A DNA stretch of 64,000 nucleotides, taken from Cercozoa sp. M6MM (lineage: Eukaryota > Protista > Endomyxa: Ascetosporea). Below, piece by piece: positions 39,454 through 52,517 of the stretch. The stretch lies in NCBI GenBank assembly GCA_040357565.1, contig JBDODJ010000020.1. The stretch is one strand, 5' to 3'. The notes under the pieces were generated by a model. That model was given only the letters and a program-made list of their open reading frames with translations, had not been told where the DNA came from and searched no databases. The position numbers and the translations under genes are program-made. The stretch's first letter is position 1. Every line of letters starts with the position of its first letter.

Positions 39454-40275
39454 TATATATATATATAATAAAATATATATTATATTATATATACATATAT
39501 ATATATAATAAAATATATATTATATTATATATACATATATATAATAAAATCTATAGTATACTGGATATATATACAGGTATCTACAGGTACAGATACTAGT
39601 AAAGCACCCTCATCAGTCTCTCCAGTGGCTACAGCGGCCGGCAACTGTTTCCGCAGCGCCGCCGGCACCGACAAAAAATCGATCAACGCCGCGTTGGAAC
39701 GCAGTGCACGCAGGCGACTAACGGGGGGGGGGGGGTAAAGTGGTTGAAGGGAGAGCGGGAGTAAAACACGGGAACACGGGGGACGAAAAGAGTATAAGGA
39801 AGGTTGAAAGCACCACAACTTGACGAGATACTCGTGCAGCTTTTTGGAGCGCGTTTCCACGAAATCCGGCGACAGATGGCCACGCAGTTTCTTGGGCGGA
39901 ATCGCCGGCAAGCCTGCACGACTCGGCAGGTCCTACAGGCAGCACCAATCAGTTCAAACATGGCTACAAACAGGATCAAAACGCACCTTGGCCAGCGTCT
40001 GGTGCAGCTGGTAGAAATCCGAGTAACGCTTGAAGAAACGCCACGTGTCACCGCCTCGCCATCCGGCCTCGATTTCGTACATCTAGATCCATACAGAGCC
40101 ACTTCAACTGAGAGAAAATTACACAGCTTTAATGTACAACAAAAGGACGGCTCGTGTGCTTGAGAATCATGCGATTGCAGGCGGTGAATTTCACCTATTC
40201 GGCATCACAATTATTGCCCTCCACAAAATCACATAAGGATCTCGATTGCACCTGCAGATTTTCTAGTTTAAGCAT
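36543..40275 (-). CDS. PX domain + helical region + START/SRPBCC-like C-terminal domain protein
   Basis: PX: VMYEIEAG-WRFFKRYSDFYQLHQTL-LPAIPPKK-SPDFVETRSKKLHEYL-LIDFL. The C-terminus VELVRKLSQRSVLLHY...SIVWHSVELP...GALFVQPVS-CRLTLVA is START-like (less certain). Confidence 0.75.
38060..38560. repeat. AT-rich (TAAA/CAAA)n intronic microsatellite
   Basis: About 500-bp AT-rich intron built largely of AAAT/AAAC units. Confidence 0.9.
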
Positions 40276-40435
40276 AGTGGACGGTTGTAATAATCATACG
40301 CACTGCTCCACACACAATTAGGACACCTGACTAAGGCGGCAGTTTTTCAAGAAACAACATTAAAGAAACCTGCTGTTTACACTTCGTATCGTGCGGACGC
40401 TGCAGCGACTCGATCAGACTGAAATCTGTGCAGCT

Positions 40436-41205
40436 ATGTCAGAAACGTCGCTTGTACGAGCAAATGAGAGGATACGAGATCTCGAGCGGCAGTTACGTGA
40501 GGTGGACTTGTTTTGGGTGCTAGCAGTCGCCAGTGACAATGGCTCTTTGTGATGCAGGCGCACAAGCAGTACGAAGAGTTGGCCGAAGACTACAGAATTC
40601 GCGGGCAGCTTCTGCTGAGAGCGCGAGAGCGACTGGGTCGTCCTGCTGCGAAACGTCGGTGTCTCGGTGGGAGAGAATTGTCACCAGCCAGGCCAGCAGA
40701 GGCTGAGCAGAAGGGGGAACACAAGGAGAGACCAGAGGAAGAGACAGAAGTTCCTGTCACCTTCTCGCTCGAGTTCGAGTTCGACAGCAGCGACCGCGAG
40801 AGCGATGGCGACACGAGACACACGACTGACCCGAGGCGACACGAGACACCCTCGGTGGTCGAGATCAGTGACAGCGACAGTGACTCCTGCGAGCAGTCAA
40901 AGCCTTCCGCGCGGAAACAGTCGAAAACTCCCGTACGGAAGCAGACAAGACCGGCAGCAAGCGTCCGCGCGGATGCTGACGCCTCGGCGGCCTGTAGGAT
41001 CTGCACGCGGCTGCGGCAGCTCGGTGTCGACCCGAGCGACGTCTGCAAGGTCTGCAATCGCCGCCGCAAACGCGCCGCTCGCTACGCGCTCGAGCAGGCC
41101 GCTCAGGACGCTTCGGCGGACACTGCGTTGGCTACGCCGAGGAGAAACGCTCCGCAGACACTCCGACACGCTGCCACACCCAGTCACTACTGGTCTATCG
41201 ACTAG
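40436..41205 (+). CDS. CtIP/Ctp1/Sae2-like DNA end-resection factor
   Basis: Two exons. N-terminal coiled coil (ERIRDLERQLRE-HKQYEELAEDY), disordered middle, CRIC, CKVCNRRR (RHR-equivalent) and terminal TPSHYWSID (cf. TPxxFWxxxF). Confidence 0.6.
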
Positions 41206-41335
41206 CCTCTGCTCTAATTACTGTCTTTTAACACCAATAAAGTGCATTACATTTCGCAACGTCAATTTACTCGTACCTCATTTTTGTTCCAGGAGCCAAG
41301 GAGTACCGGTTTTACTGCACCGTCTGCCTAAAAAC

Positions 41336-42495
41336 ATGAACGAGCACATCATGATCCGTGACTCAGAGTCAGTCTGTAGCATCAGAGAAGGATCACAACG
41401 TACTTTGCCTTTCATCGCCCTCTTGCCACGTTTTACACCTATCGCTGGAGGAGGCGTGGCGGACAGGTCACGTGGCACCCTCGGTGCTGCCTGTTCCCTC
41501 GTAAGATTCCAACTTATATCAAAAAAGAAAGGTCCTGCGGCTAATTCTGCCTCGATCGAACGGCAGTTCTCACCTAGATTTCGGTACAGTGTCCTGAGGC
41601 GAATAGACCTGCTCGCGTGTCGACTTTGTCATGTCGCTGCTCGCATGCGGACACGAATCGCTTCAGTGAGAGGCGTTCCGTACGTGGGTTTTGAGTTGCA
41701 CCAAAATGTCGTTTAGTATCGGCGGCAACTTACGACTGTCCTGGACGAAATGCGCCAGAACAACGTGATGGGCGTACGTTTTGGACCTTGCTTGTGTAAA
41801 TTTACTTTGTTGTCTGTTGGCCACTTTGCAGTCCATGGTCAACAGATTTGATGGTGCGGCTACTTGCCTCTCGAAGTATGTTCTTTTCCTTTGGATTCGC
41901 TGTTTTTAAGGTATGTTTTCATTCGTCCCTTCCGACACAGAGAAACACAGGAGAAACACCTGGAGCCCCGAGAGCCGCCATCAAGAAGCCGAATTAGCAG
42001 ATGGTAGACTTCCTGCGCCAGCAGCCGCAGCTGCTAACATCTCTGGTGCGGGAACTGCTACTCAAGTTGCCGCAGCTAGTCAGTTTTAGTTTACTCGTCG
42101 ACACAATTTAAAACAAAATTGATCGAGTTTGATCACAACCCGTCGCGAAACATCACCACCCTCTGGTCTGGGCAACTCCCGCACGTGACTTTTCACATGC
42201 TACAATGGTCAAGTACATTGCCTTGCTCTACCCTTGCTCCCTACCCTTTTCCTCCCTGTGTTGTGGTACAGGTGCCATCGGCGGCACAGGAACTCTGTCT
42301 TGATGACGACCGACTCTTCATTTCATCTGGGGGCAACTTTATCATTATCTCTCATTCATAGCGTGAGTCAGCGCAGCTTCTGCACCGCCCTGAATGCACG
42401 CGCAGCAGAAAGTCGATGACGGAGGTACTCGAAGATTTGACGCTGTTTCGCTTGCGTCATCCGATACCGATAATGGGTTGGATTCAGGATCAATG
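41336..42495 (+). CDS. Multi-exon hypothetical protein; boundaries uncertain
   Basis: GT-AG bounded segments YRRQLTTVLDEMRQNNVMG, MVDFLRQQPQLLTSLVRELL, IEFDHNPSRNITTLW. Confidence 0.4.
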
Positions 42496-42583
42496 AGTCT
42501 TGACAAATACGACAAGACGCTTTTCGTCGAGGCTTCGCACCGACTGTGGCTGGTGTTGACAAGGGTCTCGATTGTCGGGCGCA

Positions 42584-44213
42584 ATGCTGTCACCTCCGCG
42601 CGGAAGGCAGCTCGGCTCACTGGGTTTCATGCTGGCCGTGGTGTGCCTGCTGGCCGTGTATGTTGTTTTACCCACACGCCAAGGAGTTTTAAGTGACCTG
42701 ACTCCGTTCCAAGGTGAAATAAAACAAGACAGTTCATATGGCTGAGTGAGTTTACTTTTGTAAGTTTTAGATCATGGTCAGCCGAGACGGAGTGCGACAC
42801 AGTTGGATGATACAGTTAAGAAACAGAAAGCCACTGTGCGCTATGTGTCCTCTATTGCGCCCGATGCTTTTGAGGTAGATTTATTGTTCCCTGTTTACCC
42901 CTGTTTAGCCATGTTCCATCCCCCAGAGCGAATTCAAAGACGTGATGGAGGCCGTGAGTGTGACGCCGTCGCTCTGCATTGACGAGGTCTGGACGGGCTT
43001 GCGCTCGCTGCGCAAGCTCGACGATGTTCGTATTCACGCGGACCACACGTCGCGCGTAGCTCCCCCCCCCCCCCCCGTGTACCCCCTACCACTTTACCCC
43101 CCCCCCCCCCCCNNNNNNNNNNNNNNNNNNNNNNNNNNNNNNNNNNNNNNNNNNNNNNNNNNNNNNNNNNNNNNNNNNNNNNNNNNNNNNNNNNNNNNNN
43201 NNNNNNNNNNNNCACAGTCCATTTGGACACACAATGGGGACCATCTGGACAGAATGTGGGTCCACTTGTACCAGATGCGACTCGCGGAACCAGTCGACGC
43301 AGCGTTGGGAACATGTCGGTACTGCGGGGGGGGGGGGGGGGAACAAGGGGGGTAAAGGTTGTGTGTATGGGGGGGCGGGAGGGTTAAACCTCCTGGTGAG
43401 AGGCAACTCTCGCGCAGCTAGATCGCGGTCAAAATGAGTCACTTCGACTCGCGTCGCATTCGCAAACACCATGGTGTCGTTCACCTAGACGTGCCTACTT
43501 ATCTCCATACACTCCCCTGTACCCGCTGTAGTACCAGCACAATGTCCTGTCTCTGCAAGAGCTCTTCGATAGCGCTGTCGTCGGCATCTGGGGGGGGGGG
43601 GGGGTAGAGGATAAGGGAAGCCAGAGAAGCGGTAAAAAGAGGGGTAAAGGTACACAAGAGGCCGGGCACACCGGCCAGTTTGAGCGACTCGGCCCACCGA
43701 ACGGTACCTTGCAGAAACACCAGCAACTCCTTCGGCGAGGACTACATTATACTCCCCTTTTACCTCCCCCCCCCCAAAACCCCCCTAGCACGATCTGCTG
43801 CACGTCAATGATCTGCGTAGTTCCATCCCATGTTTACCTCTTCCCCTTCCTGTTGTATCTCCCTGTTTAGTCCCTTTATCCCCCTGTTGTGTAGGCTACG
43901 CAGTGGTCGCACAAGCGACGAGGAAAGACGGTTTTTTGGAGAAACGCGGATACCGCTATGCGATGCTCATGGATGCTGGTGGGGGGCCCCCCCCCCCCCG
44001 TTACCTTTTATTTACCCCCTGCCCCTTGCAGCGGACGCGCGGCTGAGCAGCAACCCGTTCATAGCGATTCGCGCGGCCGAGAGGAGTCTGTCGGTGCTGC
44101 CGCTGTTCGTGGGCTACGAGGCCAATGCCGACATCACGGGTCAGTGGATGGAAGAGCGTTTCAGTGGTTTTACCCCCCTTGTTTACCCCCAGATTGGGCG
44201 CGCCGGTCACCCG

Positions 44214-44245
<32 letters not shown>

Positions 44246-44799
44246 ACTTTACCCTCCCTCAGAGTGTTTCCCAACACGCAAGCGGCCAAGCTGGATGTCG
44301 AGTCCGCGCGGACAGCTGGCGCTGTACAACGCCGGCGTCGTCGGCGGCAGTGTCGGCTCCATGCATGCCTTCGCAGAGGCAGTGACTGAGTTCTTCCCGT
44401 GCGTGTTGAGTCAGTTCGGTGACAGTGACACACGGCGCAGCCAGCTGCGACTGTAATTTTACCCCTCCCCCATCTGAGCCCCCATCCCACCTCCATCCTA
44501 CCTACCCCATCTTAGCTCCCTCACCCCCCTAGAGAGCCTACGCGTTCCTGCGACATGATAGCCGCCAACGTGCTGGTGAGCTCGATTCGAAAGTCGCCGA
44601 CACTTGCTTTCGACGTCACTGACGGCGCTCTCGGTGGTACACTATGGACTGCTCACGTTTTCTTTTTTAAATTAGGGAGTGCTGGGTCATTTTAGTCGAG
44701 TCGTCCGACAAGAATGACTGCGCCGTGTATGCAGGCTCGCCGTTCGTGTCGCGCTTTAGGTACGCCGATCGCTGTGGGGCCATTGTGTTCCACAAGTGA
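42584..44799 (+). CDS. Type II membrane glycosyltransferase-like protein; block 43213-~43745 lies on the opposite strand
   Basis: Anchor MLSPPRGRQLGSLGFMLAVVCLLAV; HVNDLRY, MLMDAAD-NPF, LFVGYE, WMEERF-EC, LYNAGVVGG, CDMIAANV, GSPFVSRF and VFHK* give a GT-A-like DxxD/NAG/DM pattern. Confidence 0.6.
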
Positions 44800-44854
44800 C
44801 TCGTCTCTGTAACATTTGCCTACTTCTGCCGGCACACTAATTCTTCCTATGCAT

Positions 44855-44901
<47 letters not shown>

Positions 44902-45001
44902 NNNNNNNNNNNNNNNNNNNNNNNNNNNNNNNNNNNNNNNNNNNNNNNNNNNNNNNNNNNNNNNNNNNNNNNNNNNNNNNNNNNNNNNNNNNNNNNNNNN
45001 N

Positions 45002-45055
<54 letters not shown>

Positions 45056-45477
45056 GTGCACAGTGTGTCCAGTTTTAGTACCGAAAAACCCCGCCACACC
45101 GGCATCGACTCTTCTGACGTGACGCACGAAGACCTCACCTGTTGCCTACTGTCCGTCAACCACAGAGTGGGTCAAGCGGTCGACACAGGACGCCAGCAAG
45201 ACCGTCAACACCAACATAAGATAGCAGGTTTTATTAGAGGCATAGTGCCTAAGTTACTATCAGTGTTGGAACGATAAAATAAGCGCGATCGGCCTGCTGA
45301 CCGTGATACATCCATGTAAAATAACACTCCCCAAATTGACGTGCCAGAGTGCCCGGCCGACACTGCACCGTACTGTCTCACAGCAACGGCTCGATGAAGA
45401 ATCAACTGTTGGCGATACACAAGCTGCTGGTAAGCGAGCAATGATCGAGTCGATGGCCGACACAGCGTATGCGGTCG

Positions 45478-46735
45478 TCAGGGCTGCTTGAACTTGCGCG
45501 TGAAGTAGCCGCGCAGTCGCAGCAGTCGGTGCAGCGTTTGTCTGTAGTGTCGCTGGCACATGTCGCGCGTCGTGTGCCGCAGACGGCGCCAGTGAACGCA
45601 CGTGCCAAGCACAAAGGCCAGGCAGGAGAAGGCGCCGATGGCGACGGTGTTGAGACAGAGCGTGAGTGCCGGTGAGGAAGACAGGTCGCTGTCGGTGCTA
45701 CTGTCGTGATTGTAGCCAGCAGCTGAGACTAGTGAGTGCAGCAGCAGCACGAGCGACAGCAGCAGCACGAGACTGCCGCACTGCCAGGACAGCGACGAGC
45801 GTGTGCCGAGCGACAGCACACTCAGTGTCAGCAGCAGGCTCGGCACCACAGGCGATACGGCCGACACCACCAGCGGCAGCACGGCCTCGCCTTCGAACGC
45901 ATCGGCTGCCTTGTCGCCTTGCCGACCGCCCAGCAGACCGCAGTCGCCTGTGCTTCCACAAACACACTCATGCAAAGGTAGATACTAATACATGCACACT
46001 ACACTGGTGTCAGAAGGAAGACAGGAACGTACCGACACGACGCAGCAGTGCGCGTGTCTGCGACAGGTCCACCAGCACTCGCGTCTAACGTATATATAGT
46101 GTATATATATATGTATATATGTATATATACAATGTGTGTATATAATGTATATATACAGTGTGTGTATAATATGTATATATACAGTGTAATATACATATTG
46201 TAAACATATATAGTGTATACACATATATACATATATATAGTGTATATGTGTACATATAGTATGTATACATCGATATAGTGCATATATAGTATGTATATAT
46301 AAGGACGTATATAAGGACGGAGACACCTCGGCCTCGTGCAGCAGTCGTTGGACCAGTGCGTCTGGCCAGAGAAACAGCACCGTCGCCAGCAGTACCTGCA
46401 GTGGAACCCAGTACCACAAGGTAGTACCACAGACAGTCTTGTCTGGCTAGATTGCAATACATAGGCAACGGCGACAAAGACACGCGTCAACAAAATCGCG
46501 TGTTTCTGCGGCAGTTTGTCCGGCACCGTTTCGTCTCGCCTCTGTCCAGAGAAAGCACTTAACCCCCCTCCTCCCTCTTCTCTCTGACAAACGTACCCTC
46601 GGGGCTGCCGGTGATGGCGTCATTTTCGCCGGCACATGTCGAATCAGTGGCTACACATTACATACACATGGCTATACAGATACGCTCGCGTCCATATGTA
46701 CCGTGCGAGGTGTGATCGGTGGACTCATTGGCTAT
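45478..46735 (-). CDS. Multi-pass membrane hypothetical protein
   Basis: Spliced exons with ~4 hydrophobic stretches (ILLTRVFVAVAY-VLLATVLFLW; SLLLTLSVLSL; SLVLLLSLVLLL; TVAIGAFSCLAFVL). Start approximate. Confidence 0.55.
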
Positions 46736-47151
46736 GAAAGTCCCCTTTAATTAAAATACTGAGAGGTCCAAAAGTTAGATCGTACCGATTTCGGAGTGCC
46801 CGGCAGCCACTGTCGCAGTGTCGATACAGTCTTTTTTACCTGTAGCCACATGCTCAGAAATAAAGACTCGTTTGCTTAAGGAAGCGACAGGGCAGACTAC
46901 AGTCTTTTTGAGTTGTCTCATGGGCGTCTGAGTACCTGACACTGAAGCAGGAAGTAACTGGAGTACAAGGACAGATGGGTACAGTTAATTCAGGCTGTAC
47001 CCGAGTCAGTGTCAAAGTCGATACTGTCCGCATCGAGATGCATCACTGTCTGCGTAGTGTCGCCTTCGAACGACGACAGTGGAACCGTCGTTCTGTGTTT
47101 CAAAGTACTTTTTATCACTGTACAGTTCAAAAGAAAAACCTATCAGTTGTT

Positions 47152-50140
47152 CTACCGAGTGCTTGAAGCAGCCCGCTCGGCGGCAGTGAGGTACTGCTGT
47201 GTCACATCCGCCTCGTCCTCGCTGTCATCATCAAAGTCGCTCGCCTGTTCAAACACACACAAAACAAAAAAATCAATTTGCAAAAACTCTCAAGACACAA
47301 AACACGAAACACCAAAGAAAAAGAGCCTACGTGGGCTTGCACGAGCGCACGCAACACCTGGGCACTGCTCACGGCGTCTGTGGCCACATCTCGCACGAAC
47401 GGGTGCTCCAGCAGTTTATCGATCGTCGCTCGGTCCTTGGGCTCGCGTTGCACGCACCGACCCACCTGGAGCCCAGTCGTATCAACACACTCCACCAGGT
47501 GCTCTAATGAGTAGTTTACGAAATCACGGAAGTCGGACGACCACCTGGAGCCCTGTAAGCACATTTCCTTGTACACTCAGTTTGAAGGCAAAGCTTAGCG
47601 GCTCAATACCTCCAGTTTTGGCACCGGCGTTCGTGGATTACTGACGGCCCTGACCTGTCTCAGCACGTGTGAGTGCACACTGGGTCCCAACAAAGCACAC
47701 TACCAGGCCAGCGAAACTCTTGTCCGAGTGGGGCGGCTTGCCCTGTAACAGCAACATAAAAAAATGCAAAAGGTGAAAGCTGAGTTGAGTGTACGCCGGC
47801 CATTTCGAGTGCAGTGATGCCGAGCGACCTGTGTTTCAGCAAAACAACACGCACATACGCAACACAACGACCATGCAAACAACCATGCAAACAAGCGGCA
47901 CCACACATCGCTCGCGTAGCTCGCCGGCTGCTTGCGCGTGAGCACCTCCGGCGCCATCCACAGTGGCGATCCCGCGAATCCTGAGTCATTCACATCAAGC
48001 GGTACAAGTGAACCGTACAATTGTACCGGCCCTGTACAAACGGACCAATAGTCATATCCGATAACATAAACTGTACCACCCGACTGAGCCGCAATTTGAT
48101 TTCTTTCTGCCACTGAGCAGGGAGGGGTATGTGAACATTAACAGGCGATAGAAGGGGCCAAGTAGAAGGGGCCAAAGGATCAAGGGGGTAGAAGGGGAGG
48201 GGTCAAGGAGTCAAGGGGGTCAAGGGTAAAGGGGGGGTAAACATACCGTTGGCGACGGTGAGCACCGTATTTTGCAACTGTCGCGCGATGCCAAAATCCG
48301 CGAGTTTCACGAGGCCCTGTTGCGAGATGAGAATGTTCGCCGCCTTAATGTCTTGGTGTACCTACAATGCGCGCGAGTACAACAATGCGTCCATTTGTAC
48401 ATACACACACTCTCTCTGCAACTGTGTGTGGAGGTACGAGACACTGCTTGTGCATCGACGCCAGTGCACGCACACACGCTGCCACGACCTGTCAAAACAA
48501 CATACGCATATGCGTGTGTATATATGTGGCTACAGGGGCGGCTACAACACGTACCACGCGAATCTCGGCCTCCTGCATCGGCCGTTTGTCCAACTGATCG
48601 CGAAGTGAACCGCCGCTCACCTAAACAGAAAACAGAAACATAAAACACGAACAGACACGCACGTGTGTGCGAGAGAAAGTACGAGATCCATGAGAATCCA
48701 CAAGCGCTGCCGTCGGTCAGGTCCAGCACAGCCTGTAAGACATTGTTTAAGGGGGTGCAACTGAAACTGGTGCTGTACCGTAGTATCGAACGACGTGCTC
48801 GTGCTGCACCTTGCGCAGGATTTCGACCTCCTTGCGAATCTCGCTCAGCGCGTCAGAGTCGCCACTGTCCTGCTCCGCATGAAACCTCTCTCGAGAAACA
48901 GCAACAACAATAGCACAAACGCACATCAGTCGGAATCAGCTTGGCTGCCAGTTCGAAACCACCCTGCAGTTTTTCAAACACGCTTTCTGACCTAAAGAAA
49001 CGCTGAAGAAACGCTGTTGGTGATAAAGCTGCACCTGACGCGAGACAATGCGATGTACGACGCCGAACGCACCTAAAAGTTCAGTGTGGAGTCAGGCTTG
49101 CGGACTGATTAGTCGAAAACTACCCTCGCCGAGTTTTTCCTTGATTTCAAAAACACTTTCGATGTCGTCGACGTGCCATTCCTGTTTCCAGAAAAGAACT
49201 CCACCAATACACGGTGAAAGCAAAGTTTGTACCAAGTCGGCATTGACATGTGTCACGTGTCGCACCGAAGCAGGTGACGTGATCGCCTGAATGCCAAAAA
49301 TACATTCAGTTTGGGTTCTATAAACTAACAAGGGAAGAAAAGTCACATTTCGTGCGCGTGCAAGTCGCAGGAAACGCAGTGCGGCCATCCATTGTTCCTT
49401 TAGCACAAGCAAAACAAAAGTACGGTCGAAGAGTCTAGAAGAAAGTAAGATGCGGTACAATGTTGGCGTTGGAATCATCGGTTTCGAGAAATTCGACCAC
49501 TTTGGCCGCCACGTGCAGCGCGAGGCCTTTCCGTTCTGCAAAGGCACAACTTACCACTCAATCAATTAAAGCGAAAGCTTGATTCTTTGGAACGCTTACC
49601 ACCAGTTGAGAAGGTTGAAACACGGTCTATATTCGAGACTGGAATTCTCTTGACTTGTCGACTCGCCCTGCGGATCACTGTGCCTGCACGACCGCGAGTC
49701 TCCTGCAGATGGCACATATGGTTCAATCTGCAGAGATTGAGATGTTTAAAAACACTTGCCATGTCAAGACGCGATGAAACAACCGTGCCAGTGTCGGTAA
49801 TTGCTGGTGCACACCAGCACAAGTGTTGCATGTCCTACAATGTGCACTGTAAAACTACGCTGCCTTCTCCTGGGTTTTAAGTACCTTCTCGGCAAACAGC
49901 AGTCGCGCATGGAACCTGAAAAAGCAAGTTAGCTTCACAGGAAACAAAAGGAAAAGCGGAGACTTACTTGTTCTTGTTGCCAGCCTTCTTGAGAAAAACG
50001 CCACCTTGCACCAGCAGACGATGGTATCCGGCCTGCGCAGCGAGCGATCACAAGCAAAACGACAGAAAGTCACATCGCTGTACCTCTTTGTCTGCCTGCT
50101 CGCGTCGTTTGCGCTCAATCTCTTCGCGCGTGAGCGTCAT
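47152..50140 (-). CDS. STE20-family protein kinase with N-terminal PH-like domain
   Basis: Kinase: [97 protein letters not shown]-like: GGVFLKKAG...LCW...EQWMAALR. Confidence 0.9.
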
Positions 50141-50459
50141 CTTGACACCACCGCGCGGAAGAGCAGCTTCGGGTGGTCAGATGAAAAAGGCGGTGCAAAT
50201 TGCCCGAATCTCCTGGCAGAGACGTGCAAGGAGACTTTAGAGTCAACTCAGGGCCACGAAACGCAGTTTTCGATGCGCTGCACAAGTTGATGACGTCTGG
50301 AAGCTAAGAGCGAAGGGCTGTGCACAGTTTCGTTAAGGGGGTTTTGATGAGCTAAAATCGGTTTATTTCGCGCCGGGGTGCACTAGAGATGAGCCTAAGT
50401 TTTGTTTAACCTCCTGTCAGTAATGTTTTAGTGGATTCCCGTCAGGAATACCGGCAGGT

Positions 50460-52089
50460 TTACGAAGGGCGTTTGATACGATAGGTGGTCGGTGATGTCG
50501 TCGAGAGGATCGGGCCTTCGTGCCATTCCGTTGCCGAAAACGACGTCATCTGTCGCCAGCAGTTGGTCCTGTAGAACACAGAATCCGTGTTAGATTTGTG
50601 CGATGAAAAGAAACAATTTTGCGATGATGGGAAACTAGATTTTTGCGCGGATAAGAAACCGTACGGCTGCATCGGCGTCGTAGAGGAGAAGTTGCACCGA
50701 GTGAGCCAGACGGAGCAGCTGCGTGTTGCACTGCACCAGCTCGCGCGTCACGATGCACGGCACTGAAATAAGTCCCCAATAGAAATAAATACTACTAGGT
50801 TAAATCAAACCATCCGCGGCCTCGTTCGGAGGTACAATTACTGCCTATGACTCGGCAGGCCATGTGGTTTGGTTTGACGGTATAGACAACACATATAAGT
50901 TATACACATGACAGCGACCTTTTCTGAGTACCTCAGTTCGCCGCAGAGGAATGCGTCGCGTGATGCGTTTCCAAGGGCACCATGATGCACTAGTGGGTTC
51001 GTGTGGCTACACAACACAGTCAGTGTCAAGATATGTTCGTTCATCAGGCCCCGCAGACATGGCACCTTGGCAGCAGAAAAGTGACGCAGCACACGCACTT
51101 GCACCAAGAGTTTCAGTAAAGACGTGTTGTGTACGCGTGCCTTTTATGACCAGCACACATGCTAGCCGCAATATTCATCGAAAGGCAGCGAGTACCACAA
51201 GCGAACTGCAAGGAGCGCGAATTAGAGACCATACGACGTGTCGACGACTTGGTGGCAAAGTCGACAGCGGGTGCAGCAGCGACCAGTGCAGACGCACCTC
51301 ACGCTGGTTTTGTTTGATTGGCAGGTCCGCTGAGTCGCCGCCAGGTGGACCGATTGGTGTGTGGCTCGATATGCGGTACTTGACGCCATCGTCCTGCAAG
51401 GTCATAGACATACATTTTAGCGAGTGCGGGCACTTGAGTCTCAAACTCACCAGAACAACCGCATCAACAACAAGGAGGTAGGACACTTGGACAAAGTAAA
51501 TGCTGTCTCGGTCACCGTGGTCATCGGCAAGCTCAGCGTCAAATCGTTGCTGCTGTAGCGAGAGGCGCAGCGGCTTTGGGTACTTGTTCCAGTCGATGTG
51601 TGTCTGCGTGCAGGAAACTTCGGGCTTCACCTCCGTACAGTATTAGTCTTGTACGTGAACAAAACACTGATCAGTACAGTGAGAGTGAAGTCAATGCAGT
51701 AGACTCCACTAGAATTCCCCGAGGCAGTATCGATAGCACTATCACCATCGGAAGTATGCAGCGCGATAGCTTTGTCAATCACCAGCGCCTCCGATATTGA
51801 CATGAGTGGCGTGCGCAATGACCTCTGTTTTGTCGTCAAACTCACTCGTTGTAAGTTATTTTTGTAGTATAATGTATAGGGGCATCGGTAGTCTTTTTAT
51901 ACATTCAGGCTGTGGTACCGCAGTTGCGCCAGATCTGGTTCGTGGCACACGCGCTTGCAGCAGCCCCTGTCGCGTCGCTGCTGCGCTCAGAGTGCATCCA
52001 TACTGTGTTTCATATACTTGAGCAGTGGACAATACTGACATGTAGCAGCTTTTGCTCCTTTCTGCCCTCTGTTTCACAACGGCAAGCAT
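50460..52089 (-). CDS. Multi-exon hypothetical protein
   Basis: GT-AG bounded coding-like segments (HIDWNKYPKPLRL; DDGVKYRISSH; HGALGNASRDAFLCGEL); no family recognised. Confidence 0.45.
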
Positions 52090-52517
52090 TCGGCTTCCAA
52101 GTAGAGAAAGCTAGTGCAGTACTTCGAAAAATTTAAGTACCTACCCCGCGAAAAATGACTCTTAGGTTCTGTTCTATGGTTTGCACCGTCAGTGACAGCT
52201 TCGTCATGCTCGGAAGGGCGTGGAAAGCAAGCTGCATCAATTGGCAATAATCACTCCCCTGGGACCTCCGTTCGGTGTTTTGAAAATCGAAGAGAAACTC
52301 CCTCAGTCTTCATAAAAGTAAATTCCATGCTTTAAAAGTGTTCGATTTGCTCTAAAATAATGCTGTTCTTGCCTTCGAATCGCAATCGCACCTTTAACAA
52401 CAAATGTCGGTGATTTCGTTTTTCGCATTCTACTGTGTGCAATTAATATTGTAAGACATATCGATTGCTAGCTGTGCCAGACTGGTAGTAGCACGCGCGT
52501 GAGCACGTTAAGACATC

